DNA of 64,000 nucleotides, from positions 180,112,001 to 180,176,000 of the forward strand of contig NC_058368.1 in assembly GCF_018350175.1 (NCBI RefSeq). The letters are read 5' to 3'. The notes below the pieces were generated by a model that saw only the letters and a program-made list of their open reading frames with translations, was not told the origin of the DNA and ran no database searches. This stretch comes from Felis catus (Eukaryota). Below, piece after piece: positions 1 to 12,795 of the stretch. Numbering within the stretch: position 1 is the stretch's first letter; each line of letters begins with the position of its first letter. Made by a program: the position numbers and the translations under genes.

Positions 1-75
1 CCACAGGTGCCGCCACGGGGCCCAGTGCGTGGATGCAGTCAACAGCTACACATGCATCTGCCCCCAGGGCTTCAG
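1..75 (+). CDS. SLIT3: SLIT3 coding exon, 5' part outside the window (EGF-like repeat [24 protein letters not shown])
   Basis: EGF cysteine spacing in frame from position 2; donor AG|GTATG with GT at 76-77; phase 2 matches the next exon. Confidence 0.93.
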
Positions 76-774
76 GTATGGTGGAGGGGCCCCTCGGGAA
101 GGGGCCTGCAGGCTGGGGACTGGTGAGCTAAGGCAGGCTCACCCATGCCCAGGTAGCCCTAGCCCTGGGCCTCCTGAGTCTCCTTGGAAGGTCAGTCCTT
201 CCTTGTCAAAGACCGGATGTTGTCAACCCCGTGTTATAGACAGAAGAGCCATCCAGGGCACCCATGTGGGAGTTGGACTTAGGGTCCAGCTCACATAATG
301 TCAAGCTTGGGCATGATTCCTTCTAATGGAAGATGCTACCATCTTGGAGCTCAGCTTACAGGGTAGGGGTAGCCACATGGCCACACTGGCAGGAATCTTA
401 TTTTTAGGCTGGAGAACAAAAACCTTGTGCCCTAATGGTAAAAAATGGAGGCAAATAGGAGAGCTTGGGGTTAGTCTCTGGAATCACTGAAGCCAGAAGA
501 AAAGGAGGGGATGGGAAGCACTGGCCAGGGGGTCAGGAGAGGTCCATGGGGTATATACAAGGAGAAACTGGGTTCCAGCCCTCACACCTACACTGCCTGG
601 AAGGGAAGGGTGTAGGGGGCACTGGAGGGGAGGCAAGGACCAGACCTGAAGTGGCGGGGGAGGGGGCAGCCTGGGGACAATTCCATGTACATCAGTACTT
701 GCTGCATGACATAAATCCAACTACGCAAATGAGCCTTGGTCATAGACTCTGAGAAGGAACCACTCTGAAAAGGC

Positions 775-1400
775 CAGTTTTTCCAAAGCCTGATTGAGAC
801 CATGTTGAGGCTTGGGAACATATAAATTCCTGAGGCCCACCCCAGAGCTACTAAATTAGAATGGGGGCGGAAAGAAGGGGCTAGAAATCTGCACTGTTTT
901 TTTTTAATGTTTTTAAATTGTGGTAAGATATACATAACATAAGATTTACCATCTTAACCACTTTTCCATGTACGGTTCAGAGGCATTAAGTGCACTTCCA
1001 TTATTGTGCAGCCAATACCACCATCCATCTCCAGAACTTTTTTAATCTTGCAAAACTGAAACTCTGTCTCCATTAAACACTAACTCCCCATTCCCCCTCC
1101 CTATGGCCCCTGGCAGCCACCATTCTACTTTCTGACCCTATAAATTTGACCGCTCTAAGTGCCTCATAAAAGTGGAGCCACACAGTATTTGTGTTTTTGT
1201 GACTGCTTTATTTCACTCGGCATAACGTCCTCAGGGTTCATCCATGTCGTAACAGGTGTCAGAATGTCCTCCCTTTTTAAGGCTGAATAATATCCCATCG
1301 TATGCATGTGCCACATTTTGTGTATCCACTCATCTATGGATGGATGAGAATCTGGGCTTTTAACAAATTCATCCAGATGTTTCTGATGACACTGAAACTT
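775..1400 (+). mobile_element. MER5A-like hAT element split by an L1 insertion (halves ~775-895 and ~1346-1400)
   Basis: GGCCCACCCCAGAGCTACTAAATTAGA before the L1 and TTTTAACAA...CCAGATGTTTCTGATG after it follow the MER5A consensus order. Confidence 0.55.
897..1345 (-). mobile_element. Old 5'-truncated L1 3' end (L1MB-like)
   Basis: Poly-T start; minus-strand peptide SIDEWIHKMWHMHTMGYYSALKR resembles the ORF2 C-terminus. Confidence 0.85.
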
Positions 1401-1624
1401 GGGGGCCAGCACTCTCATGCAGCCCTATTATTTTAAAAATGGGGCAACTGGGGCTTAGGGAAGGAAAAGCTTTTCCCCAGTTGGTGGTAGGACTGGAACA
1501 AGTCCCAGTTACCATCTTTCTTCCCTCTCTCTGCTGGTGGCTCTTTGGCCCAAATAACTATGATTGTCTCCCCACACTGTTCTTTCCTCATCCCTCCTCC
1601 GTCCCTCCTCTCCCCTCCCCACAG

Positions 1625-1865
1625 CGGGCTCCTCTGTGAGCACCCCCCACCCATGGTCCTGCTTCAGACCAGTCCCTGTGACCAGTATGAGTGCCAGAAC
1701 GGGGCCCAGTGCATCGTGGTACAGCAGGAGCCGACCTGTCGCTGCCCCCCAGGCTTCGCCGGCCCGAGGTGCGAGAAACTCATCACTGTCAACTTTGTGG
1801 GCAAAGACTCCTACGTGGAACTAGCCTCCGCCAAGGTCCGGCCCCAGGCCAACATCTCCCTGCAG
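1625..1865 (+). CDS. SLIT3: SLIT3 coding exon (EGF repeat plus start of laminin-[27 protein letters not shown]...[11 protein letters not shown])
   Basis: Pyrimidine tract and ACAG acceptor ending 1624; donor CAG|GTGCGC; 241 nt keeps the frame; peptide matches SLIT3 as I recall it. Confidence 0.96.
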
Positions 1866-1982
1866 GTGCGCCCCGCCCCTATGTGCCCCCCAAGCTCCAG
1901 TTGTTCTGAGAACAGCTGTTGTTCTACAGACAACTCTTGACTGGCTTTCACTGCTAATAGCAGTCCCCACGTGCAGCCTTTT

Positions 1983-2370
1983 CCATTCATTTATCTAGAA
2001 AATATTCACTCAAATATTATATGTCAGACACTTTGCTAACAACGGGGATTCAGTGATGGACAAGACAGAGCCCCTTGCCCAGGGGAAGTTGACAAGCAGA
2101 GGGGCCAGTGGCAACTCTGGGTGTTGTGGGAGAACATAGGTGGGACGGAGCTCCCTCGCCCGCTGAAAAGAATGGGATAGGCTCCCCAGAGGCAGTGGTA
2201 ACTAAACTGAGATCTCAAGGATGAGTAGGAGTTTGCCTGGAGAAGGATAGAAGAATGAGGGGCTGGCAGAGCAGGATGAAGAGGGGATGCCATCTAGCCT
2301 GAGACATCAGCATGTACAAAGGCCCAGAGGCACAAACAAGCAGGGCCTTTTTCAGGGAATGAAAAACCAC
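1983..2370 (-). mobile_element. L2 3' fragment
   Basis: CATTCATTTAT...TATGTCAGACACT and CAGCATGTACAAAGGCCCAGAGGC motifs. Confidence 0.55.
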
Positions 2371-2819
2371 TTAGTAGGAACCAAATTATTTTCCAGCTAA
2401 CTTCTTTCAGGTTCCTTACCTGTGGACCTGAGCAAAGTTATTCCAAAATGCATTTCTGGGTGACCCAAATGCAACTGGGAAGGGTGGAGCAAGGATGATA
2501 TATGGCTGAGAAAGAGCAGGCCCTGGCCCCTAGGCTTTCTGGGGAGGAAGACCCCAGAGACACAGCTGGAGGATGCAGCCCAGTGAGTGGCCCCTGCCAC
2601 ATGGCACTAACTACGGCCCTGCTCTCCTTCTGCTCATGGACACTCTAGCTTTAAGCTTATGGTGAAAATACTTGTTCAACACAGATCTGTTGCATGCCTC
2701 TGCATGCCAGGCACCATTGCAGGTACTGGGGCTGCAGAAATGCACAGAAAGCTCAAACTGCCTCACCTTGTGGAGCCTCCAGTCCAGTGGGCAGGCATCT
2801 GAGATGAGCGTTGACCCTG

Positions 2820-2820
<1 letters not shown>

Positions 2821-2852
<32 letters not shown>
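2821..2852. repeat. (AC)16 microsatellite
   Basis: Perfect dinucleotide run. Confidence 0.95.
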
Positions 2853-2854
<2 letters not shown>

Positions 2855-3127
2855 GAAGGAAGCTCTGGGTGTGTCAGCCCCTCCTGGGTCCTCCTCATTG
2901 CCCTCCTGCCTTCCTCCCTGCATCCCACCCACCCAGGGACCTGAATGTTGGGTCCCAGCTAACCAGAGCAGCACCTGTGCCCCAGACATCCAGAGGGTCC
3001 ATCAGACCACCTGCTCCACATCCATTCCTTTAAGCTGCACTTGTGCTGGGCGATGGGAGTGGACAGGCTAGTCAGAGAACCCCAGCCCCGCAGCGGGGTG
3101 TGCCCTCTGGGCAGCAACTTCTGAAAC

Positions 3128-3312
3128 CAGTGGCTCTCAGCCTTGGCAACACATTAGAATCACCTGGAGAATGCCTAAAATTGTCTTTGCCTGCCCCCTC
3201 CCCCACCTTGAGAGTCATATGTAGTTGGTTTGGGGTGAAGCCTAGACAATGATTTTTTTTTTTAATTCCCCAGATGACTCTTAACACAGCGCCTAGTTCA
3301 TAGTAAACACTG
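3128..3312. mobile_element. MER5-family hAT element
   Basis: CAGTGGCTCTCA start, CACATTAGAATCACCTGGAGA, ends AAACACTG. Confidence 0.65.
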
Positions 3313-3762
3313 AATGAAATGGTAATTGTTAGCATTTTGTTTATGATTGAGATTATACAGAGAGGCGGAGGCCTTGAGAGGGGCAAGGATTTGGGTGGGA
3401 TTACATTGTATGCCGGTGAGAGAGGCCAGAGTAGAGCTTGGGGTTCCTGACACACACATACACACACACACACATGCACACTAAAATAGTGTGTGTTATA
3501 TTTATCTTATAAGTGTATACATAAACAAAGTGGCTCACAGTGGGTGCTCATTAAATAGTTATTGAATTGAATTGCACCATCAGCATTTGCTGGAGTAGAA
3601 GTATATGCCCTCCTAGCAATTTCCAGACCAGACAAAGGAAAAAATAGGGACATGAACTCAGATCTGGGGTCCATTCAGAAGATGCCTCCCGAAAGAGGTC
3701 TCTGTGAGGGGGGGTTGGGGAGGCTAGTCCTCAGGGGAGCCCTAACCCACATGCCTCTGCAG

Positions 3763-3893
3763 GTGGCCACTGACAAGGACAACGGCATCCTTCTGTACAA
3801 GGGAGACAATGATCCCCTCGCACTGGAGCTGTACCAGGGCCACGTGAGGCTCGTCTATGACAGTCTGAGCTCCCCACCAACCACAGTGTACAG
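3763..3893 (+). CDS. SLIT3: SLIT3 coding exon (laminin-[44 protein letters not shown])
   Basis: CCTAAC branch-like motif and CTGCAG acceptor; donor AG|GTAAG; 131 nt, phase 0 to 2. Confidence 0.96.
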
Positions 3894-4329
3894 GTAAGGA
3901 CCACAGCCCCTCCCGCCAATGCACACGGGTCCTGCGTCTTCCCTCCTGCTTCCTGCCCTGAGAGAAGATGCCAGGGCCACTCTGATGCCTCTTCTCCCTG
4001 CTGCCCTCCATGCACACACACACTCAGAGCGGCTGGTGGGAGGGAGAGGGGCGGTGCTGGAGGAAGAGGCAGGAGATGAAGGCTGACCCCACAGGGAGAT
4101 GACACCTCATTACCATAAGATAAATGGCCAGCTGGCTACTGTGCAGAGCTGTGTGTGCCAATGGGGATGAGGCTGCTTAATGAGGTGCCCTTTTCAAAAT
4201 GTCATCCTCATCTTTTATTAGTTTAAGAAAGAAAACAGGGGGAGATTAGCATGCAACTCAAGGGGAAGAAATTCCAGAGCACCGAGGGAGCAGGACTATT
4301 CCTTAAGTGACTTTCAAACTGTTCTGAAG

Positions 4330-4958
4330 GGTGGTTTTTCCTAAACTTCAGTCTTTCCAACAATCGCCCTGATTTTTACAAAAAGCTTGTAAAAATATGG
4401 TATGTCAGCTATACTGTTACTTAGCAGCTTACCTTACATAGGCTTTAAATGTGCTCACTCTCTACCCTGAGCTTCATCTCAAGGAATATGGTCTGTGAAA
4501 TCACAGATATGCTAGCTCAACGTTAGATTTGTTTCTACTTCTCAGCGGAATAAGTACTAAACACAAAAAATCATTGTAGTCATAAATATTTTGTAATAAT
4601 TATAAAAATAACCATTGAGATGAGAAATGTTTGTGTTACACCTAAAAATCACATAAAACTGCCCGAGGCAGGAGAGCCATTCCTTGGGGGGAGAGCACCG
4701 TGCATGAGAAGGGCCCACATCCCGAGGCCAGCCTTTCCCCTCTGCAAGCAGGAGCACGTTGGTTAGGAGTGGGGAAGAGCAGCAGTTTTCAGACTAAATC
4801 ATTTATTCAATCAAAACTTTTCTATTGAACTCAAGAATATTAAATACACAGAAGCAAAACTGTCCTGCAGCGGCTGGAGAGAGCCAAGCTTCTTCCTTCA
4901 CACTTCCTCTCATGAAAACCCCCAAAACAGCACCTACAAACCCAGTCGAGAACCATTG
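4330..4958. mobile_element. Degraded hAT-Charlie element(s), MER113/Charlie-like
   Basis: Starts GTGGTTTTTCCTAAACTTCAGTC and ends GAGAACCATTG, both hAT TIR-like. Confidence 0.4.
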
Positions 4959-4966
4959 GTTTAAAC

Positions 4967-5135
4967 CAGTGGTTCTCAAAGTGTGGTGCCAGGGCAGCAG
5001 CAGCAACGCACCCAGGGACTTGTGAGATGGGCACATTTTCAGACCCCACCCCACACCTACTGACAGAAGCACTGGGGTAGGGCCCAGCCATCTGTTTCAG
5101 GGAGCTTCCAGGTGATTCTTTGCACAAGGCTGATT
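4967..5135 (+). mobile_element. MER5A hAT MITE
   Basis: CAGTGGTTCTCAAAGTGTGG...CAGCAGCA...CCCCACCCCA...GGGCCCAGC...CCAGGTGATTCT. Confidence 0.85.
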
Positions 5136-7254
5136 CTTTCCAGCTCACACAGGAAGCCTTCCTGGAGAAGGAACCATTTATGCTGGGTCTTGATGAGAGG
5201 GAGAATTTATATGAGCAGGAGAACAGGTGGGCAAACAGGCTGAGGGGACATCCCCGGCAAGCCTAGGGGAAAACACAGGGGGTTCGACCAGAGCAGAGGT
5301 TCACAGCAGGGGTGGGTGGAGGGATCACTGACCAGGCTAGGACAGTTGGGTACAATAGATGCCAGGAGAAGGAGCTGTCACCAGTGGCTTCACGAGTTCC
5401 CTGGAGTCAGGGCCTCCCAACATCTGTGTTTCTGGAGCCGCTGGTCATGGGCCAAGTGGACAGAGAGCCTGGGTGCAGGGCCTGGGGCAGCCTGTCACAC
5501 AGCCTGTGGTATCAGACACATCCAGGTTTGAACAAGGTATTCGACCTCTTGCCTCAGTCTCCTTCCCTGTGTACTGTGGATAATAGGACATACTTCTGCA
5601 AGAGGAGGGCAGGATGGGTGGGGGGAGCGGTTTGGATATTGAGGGTTGGCAGATGAGAAAGTGCTTGGCAAATTGAGCCTTTACATGAGCATGTCAAGGA
5701 CAGAAGGTGGCAGCCAGGCTTGGGGAGGGGGCTGGGCTCTGTCCAGAGCCCATCCCAGCAGAGCCTAGCTCTTCCCTCACACTGATGTTAGCTGCTGGGG
5801 GGGTGGTTTGGTAAAAGGGTGATGTTGTTGGTAAGAATGTTAGAATGCTTTTCTGCTGTCTGAACCAGGTTGTGAAATAGGAACCCAGAGAACTACTTTC
5901 CCCTATAGAACTACTCTCTCCCCTTGTCAGGGGGTCAGTCGGCTGAGGGTTAATAAGGGGCCCTGGGGAGACCCCAGGCTCTTCCTTTTATCCACAGGAG
6001 GAACCCAGTGAAGTATGCCCATGCCCACAGGCAAAACCTAGTGACAGACTCTTAGTGCCCTTCAGCTCACAATCCTGAAGGGCCCAAGTCTCCAGAAATC
6101 CCATTATTTAAAATGGGTTTGCTTCCAGTCTTCTGTGTGGCAGCACTGGCTTTGCCCCCAGTTGTGCACTCTTTCACTCAGCAAACCTCTCCCAGGCACC
6201 TTGCATGGACCAGGTCCTGGACTAAGTGTGGGGGACCCAGAGTTAAGCAAAACACAGTCCAGGGAAGAAGGCAGGTGTGTAAACAAGCAATAGTCACATG
6301 GGCAGAATAAAATAGGTCTTGCAGAAGATATGGGTGCATGCTATGGGAGCAGACATTTCTGCTTGGAGGACAAGGGAAGGCTCCCTGGAGGAAGTGGTAA
6401 TGTTGAGCTGAGGCTTCAGCTGTGGCTGACAAGCATTTCCACAGGTTGCCTTTCCAGAAGGCACTGGGCTGGGGGAGGCCCATCAGCATGCACAGAAGCC
6501 ACATGGTGTGGGACTGGGGTTAATAGAGGGCACAGGATCACTGTGGTGACCCCTGGCCACCTAGGAAGGCCTCCTTAGCCTCAGGGCCAGGGTGCCAAAC
6601 CAAAGGTAATAATCAGGAGAGTTGGCAGCTTGCAAAATTCTGCCCACTGAGGCCCCATGGACAGCCCCAGAGTGAGAATGAACCACCAGTGCCCCCAGCA
6701 GGGAACCACAGGTCTGGAGCAGCAGGATTCTGAGCCTCCTCTATGTGGGAGCCTGGTTTGATTCATCTGCCTAACTATAGCCACAGGAGAGTGCTGGTGC
6801 TTCAAGGTCTGACCCCAGGCTCCAGGGCAAATACACAGAAAAGCCTGTCTTTGCCCCTGCCTGCCTGCCCCAGAACGGGAACAGGCTGCACTGTTCTGTA
6901 GTTCTGAGACTTGTCAGAGGAACTTCAGGCACTATTTCCTACCAGCGAGGCCAAGGGGCCAAGTAAGGGAACCAACCTGGGGAAAGCAGACTGAGGTCTC
7001 CGTGGGAGTGTGAGGAGTGTGGTAGCCTGGGGAGCACAGGCCTTGTCCAAAGGGACAGCTGACCTCTGCCCCAGCAGATGCTGCCCCGTGGGAATGCAGA
7101 TCATCAAGGAGCACTAGAAACTCAGGGTTTCCATGTGAAATAGCTCAGTGTTCAAAGGTTGGCCAAACACCACAAGAGAGCTCTCTTTGGACCATCACAC
7201 ATGCTCCCTGAGTCTTATTTACCATAGTCCCATCCATTGCCAAGGTCTTTGTCT

Positions 7255-7420
7255 CACTTGCTCCTCACCACAAGCCCTAGGGTAAGCGTCATCATTCCTG
7301 TTCTAGGGATGAGAAACATGATGCTCAGGTGAAGTTTTTGGCCCTAAAGCACACAAACCAGTAAATGGCGGAGCTGAGATTCAAACCCAGGTCAGGCTCC
7401 CACCAGAACCCATGTTCCCA
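7255..7420 (-). mobile_element. MIR SINE
   Basis: GATGAGAAAC...AGTAAATGGCGGAGCTGAGATTCAAACCCAGGTC core. Confidence 0.7.
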
Positions 7421-7689
7421 CTGTGCTGGGGCATGAAGGCCAGAGCAAGAGAGAGTTGGGGCCATGGTGCTCCAGGAGTTGGGGAGCTGCTGCCCTGCAG
7501 TCTTTGAAGTCTCTGACTTTGAAGTCTCTGACTTCGGCTTAACTGAAATCCCAGGGACTATTTGATCCTGCGAGGCTCTATTGCCACCTAGTGGCCACAA
7601 CTCAGCACCCAGGTGAGCAGGCCCAACAGCACCTGGAGGAATGGCCCACCAACCGTTCACTCCCCAGGGAAGTACGGTCCCTGGTTTAG

Positions 7690-7870
7690 GAGCTTGGGTT
7701 TCAGTCTGCCTCCACCACTTCCACTTTAAGTCTTTGAGCTGGACACCTTAAGTCTCCAAGCCTTAGGCCTCTTATCTCTAAAATGGCAAAAAAAAATTGT
7801 ATGTCTCGTTTAGGGGCTTGTTAGGGTTAAATGAGAGAATGCAGGTCAAGTGCTTAGCACAGAGTAGCAC
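7690..7870 (+). mobile_element. MIR SINE
   Basis: ATCTCTAAAATGG...TTAAATGAGAGAATGCAGGTCAAGTGCTTAGCACAG. Confidence 0.65.
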
Positions 7871-8469
7871 AGTGCATAGTCCTGTAGCACCCAACACACT
7901 CCCACTGTTGATATTAAAAGCAGAATAGAACTCCACATGTCCTCATGCCGGTCCCACACAGAAGCCACCCAGCTAGCTCTGACACCTCCAGTGCTCTCTA
8001 CCTCCCACTGGATGCTGGTTCATGTGGCCCAGTGCATACTGGGAAAGACTCTCAGAGCCCCACTGAGTCTTCCCTGTAATCCCCAAATCTCTCTCCAGGA
8101 GACGAATTAGGAGGCTTGGAACCACAGTGGGATCATTTCTTTTAGAGTTAACAGCAGGTGGTTTGGGTTGGAGTTTTTTGTTTTGTTTTGTTTTTTTACC
8201 CCAATCTTTTTTCTTATAGCAGCAGAGTCATTTTTCTCATTATATACTTCAAAGGCCAAGATTTAAAAGGTGGGGGGAGGCGGGGAAGTAGGTAGAAATG
8301 GAGCCATCCTGATTTGTTAGATGGCGGTGAGAAATCACAGCCTGCAGTCCCCTCCAGGGACCTACAGTGTGAAAACCATTGGCTTTAGCATCATTTCCAG
8401 GAGATCCTAGTAAAGATGTGCCAGGAAGGCAACCTGTCAACCCATGAGCACCTACTGGCGTGGGTTATG

Positions 8470-8610
8470 GGAGGTTTAGATTTGGAATCCATACTGACTT
8501 TGAACCTCAGTTCCACCACTTCTAGCAATGTGGCCTTGGTCAAGTTACTTAGGTTCCCTTTCTGTAAAATGTGGCTCTCATGAGTGCCTTCCTCAGAGAT
8601 GGTTATGAGC
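8470..8610 (+). mobile_element. MIR SINE
   Basis: CCACTTCTAGCAATGTGGCCTTGGTCAAGTTACTTA...TCTGTAAAATG. Confidence 0.65.
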
Positions 8611-10589
8611 CAGTGGAAGCAGACGGAAACCCAAAGCCCTGGGCAGCTGGAAGGTTGAGAATCAGTAGAAGAGTTCCTTCAGGTCCAGTAACCTGCTCCC
8701 CAACTTCGTCTCTCCTGCCACACCCAGCTCCTCCAAGCCCAGGATCAGGGTGGAAGAAATCATCATTCCACCTTTGAGTGCTTGCCAGGTGTCAGGGGCC
8801 CTGTGTTGTCAATCAGAACTCAGTGAGGTCAACATCATCACCAATCCCATAGCATGTAAGTGGGCTTGCCAAGAGTCCCTCCGCTGGAGGACCCAGTGTG
8901 ATATCAGATCTCTCCAACTCCTGAGCATGAACTAGCTGAACGGTATAGCTGGAGGAAGGGGCCTGCCTTATGGGAATCAAGAGAGGCTCTCCACACAGCC
9001 AAGTGGCTAGGGCACTGAGGAGCCTAGCACTTAACTGGGGCAGGAAGAGTGGTCTCACAGTCCTCTCTGCTCCTGCGGCTCCTGCCAAACCACTGTCTCC
9101 AGGCTGGGACCCTCCATGGAGGAGCACCAGGGCCTGGACCAGCGCATGGAGTGCAGGAAGGAAAAAAGGAACGGACTTGGAGCAAGTGGCCAGGAAGGGG
9201 TTAGTGGTATGTGTTTGCTCACTGTGTCTGTGAGTGTTTATAATGGGATAGCGGCTGCCTCAGACTCCCTGAATTTTAATATTGGAAGGGAATGCCAAGA
9301 CCACCCACCCAGAGCTGCAGCCTCTCTACAACTCCTCTCTAACAGGTGGCTGCCCAGCATTAGTTACACACTTCAGGGGAGGGGGAGCTCTTTCAGGACA
9401 GCATCAATTTACCAAATGGTTTAGGGATACAGCTGCATGTTCTTGCATGTATGTTTAAAAAACTGTGTTAGGGCTCAAGGTCAGAGTTTGTGGTCTCTGC
9501 ACACCAGCCCTCATTCCCCCACTGACACCATCATCAACTCATCTGCAGGAACACAGGTCTCTGCCTTATCCTTAGCTCACTACTTAGAGTAGCTGGAAGC
9601 TACTGAAATAGAACAGCTCCATCTTCTATGGCTTCTTGGCTCCCCATCACAAATGAGATCCTCCAATGGACTCTTAGCTATCACTCCACCCCCCACTGCC
9701 CTATTTCTTGACCTGACCTGACACTACTATGTTGGTGGTTTGATTTAAAGGAAAGGCTAAGGAAATGTGGGCTCGTGATGGTACATGTCTGTACTGTTTG
9801 CCACTGGTCTCGGTGGGCGAGTAGGTGGATGGATGAGAGACAAGTCGTTGGAAGGATAGATGATGGTTGGATGATAGGTAGATGGAAGAGTAAGAAAGTT
9901 CATGATGGGTTTGGGAAGGTCTTGGGCTCCTGCGTGCCCCCCTCTACGAGCACTTTCTCCCAGAGATCAGCACAAGAGCAGGAGTCAGGAGGTTTGCAGG
10001 CAATGGTCGGTTCTTATCGTCATTAATACTCTGACACTAGTGATAATGGGTCACATTTTCTCAATAATTTACAGTGTAAATTACAAAGTCTTGAAAGGAC
10101 TTTCAAGTACCTCCTCTGATTCGATCATTGCAGTAATTCTGTCAGGTTGTTCTCCCCCTTTTATAGATGAGAAGACCGGAAACCCAGAGGGGTTCTGTTT
10201 CTGAGTGGCCACACCCACTGAAAAAGGGGCTAGGACAGACCCCATGCTTTCTCCACCCCACCCCAATTTATCCTCTCTTCTCCCAAGCATTTCTCTCACC
10301 TCTTCGCTGAGATTTCTAACTCCAGGTCAGTCGTTGAAGCTGTCCCTGCCTCCCAGGTAATCGGTGCCACCTCTGGCATAGGATCCTCTTGTTGGATCCA
10401 ACTTACTGGGGATTTGCCAGGGAGAACTCAAGGGGAGAGGGAGTCTCCATATTCACCACCCACATTTGAATGGTTAAGACAGAGTTCGGCGTCCTCCTCA
10501 GAGAGCCATTTTCAGGGAAGGAGTACCATATCCCGCAATACCTATCACCTGCGCTCACTTCTCTCTCCCAGGCCCAGCCGGGGATCAAG

Positions 10590-10990
10590 TAGTGGAAAGA
10601 GCAGAACTTTATGGAGTCAAATGTTTTGCCTATGAATTCTGTCTCTGGAACATACTAGCTGGATGACCTCAGACAAACCCCTTAACCTCTCTGGGCCTCA
10701 GTCATCTTAGCTGTGAAATGGGATATCTGACACCACTTCATAGAATGATGGTGAGGTTCAAATAATAGCAGAGAACCATTTAGCCCTGTGCCTAGCTCTT
10801 GTGTCTCATAAGCCCTTGGTGACTGCCTGCTGGTACTGAGGGAGGCGATGGGAAACGGGCATGCATGTGGGCTTTGAGGCTAGATGCACCTCAGTGTACA
10901 TCCCTAGCCTATGTCTTATTAGTTGTGGGGACTTAGGAACATTATTTAACCTCCCTGAATTTCTGTTTCCTCGTTTCTATAATTCTGTAA
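10590..10990 (+). mobile_element. Two adjacent MIR fragments (~10590-10800 and ~10865-10990)
   Basis: CTTAACCTCTCTGGGCCTCAG...CTGTGAAATGGG and TTTAACCTCCCTGAATTTCTGTTTCCTC. Confidence 0.6.
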
Positions 10991-11019
10991 ACACGTGAAG
11001 CAGTGTTGTGTGGTAATAT

Positions 11020-11320
11020 TAATCCAAATATGGCGTGCATACTTCTGATGGTGCATGAGACGAATTTAGGTGGGACAAAGACACTGGCGACATTTTAACT
11101 GAGAGATCACTTTTTTCATATGTACTAGGAAAAATATATACATCATACTGAAATAGTCTTTTCGTGGACAGTATTCCTTCCAAGAACGTTGGCCTTATTA
11201 TATCCTTACTGGTGTTTAAGGGGGAAATGGAGCAACTGAAGAAAAATTTAAGGAAATAATGGTTCCAGTGGCATGCAGTAGAGCAAAAATTGAGAAGGTG
11301 GTCGGAGGATGGAGTTTGCT
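11020..11320 (-). mobile_element. hAT-Charlie MER113-like element
   Basis: GGTGCATGAGACGAATTTAGGTGG resembles the reverse complement of the remembered MER113 end. Confidence 0.4.
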
Positions 11321-11493
11321 TACCTTACCTCTGTAAAACACTGGAAAGGAATGCAAACCAATAATGATAACCATAAACCACTTGTGCTTCATAGTTGGCC
11401 AAGTTCAAATGCTGGCCACGTTCACAGCCCAGGGCCTGGCTACAGAAAGCATAAAGCAATCCCTCTGATTCTCACCCCTTTTCTCTTGCCCAG

Positions 11494-11648
11494 TGTGGAG
11501 ACAGTGAATGACGGACAGTTTCACAGTGTGGAGCTGGTGATGCTAAATCAGACCCTGAACTTGGTGGTGGATAAAGGAGCCCCGAAGAGCCTGGGAAAGC
11601 TCCAGAAGCAGCCGGCAGTAGGCATCAACAGCCCCCTCTACCTCGGAG
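11494..11648 (+). CDS. SLIT3: SLIT3 coding exon (laminin-[29 protein letters not shown]...INSPLYLG)
   Basis: TTTTCTCTTGCCCAG acceptor; donor G|GTAAG; 155 nt, phase 2 to 1. Confidence 0.96.
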
Positions 11649-12795
11649 GTAAGGCTTTTCTCGCCTCCCATCCCCACCACCTACACCCCCCACCTGTGCT
11701 CAGGTACCCACACCCAGGCCCACTGGCTGGGGTTCCCCTACTCTCAGCATCCACTGCCAAAACAAATGACGGAAGGCTTCCTGGAGGAAGTGACAAGTAA
11801 GCCAGATCATGGGGAGGAGGAGAGGAGAGAAGACAGGGCTCCTTCTGGGAAGCACAAGTGGTTCAGGAATGATGGTGGGAAGAGGCAAAGATGGAATGGG
11901 GAGGGAGGAAATAGAGACAAAGTCCAAGCCCCATGATCTGCAGGGGTCATGTTCCCTCTGCTCTGCCACCATGTCAGATACTGGGAGGCTCATGTGATGC
12001 ATGTAGGACATGTTTGAGATTAAAGTCATACAAAGGCCAAAAAGAAGTAGCCACCTCTCTGGCAGAGCCTAGACCTGAAGTGCAGCCCAGGACCTGTAGA
12101 TGTCAAAGGGTTATGTGCAAAAAAAAAAAAAAAAAAGTCACCAGAGCAGCTTGTTCAGCACAGAGATTCCCAAGACATCCCTGCCAAGGAGCCCAGGAAT
12201 CTGTATTAACAGCCAGTCCAGGTGCCAGGGGTCCAGGGAAAGTCTTCAGGCAAGGGCAGTCCCAGAAGGGACACAGTTTGTCCCCCTGTGAAGACCCCCA
12301 AGTTTCCACAGATCAAGGCTGCTCACCCAAACCCCTTCTCTCCCAAACTCTAGCTCTCCAGCCTGGTGCTGTGCAGGGTAGAACAAGGGATGGGGACAGG
12401 AGGACCTGGTGGGAACAGTAGAGGAATGGGAGGCACCATCCCTTCCCTGCCTAGAGGAGTGGGCCTCCTCCATCCAGCTAGTTGTGGCCCTGTGACTAGC
12501 CAGCTCTTTTTTCTAGACGAGCCCAAAATAGAGATTTTAGAAATTTTCTATATTTAAAATAGGTTGGTAACAAATTCACATTTTTAAGAGTCAAAGTGTA
12601 GGAAAAAGGACACAAGTCCTTCTGTGGACAAGGTCCCAGGTTTTGGGTCCATTCCCTCCATCTGAACAGCAGAGGCCCAGAGCTGTGAGCACTTAACTGT
12701 GAGCACGTAGAGACCTCCTCCTTGCTCTGAGGGGAAGTCTGGGCTGGTGGGCAGGGAAGGATCTTCAGGCGGCTGTGCTGGCGCCCCTCCCCCAG

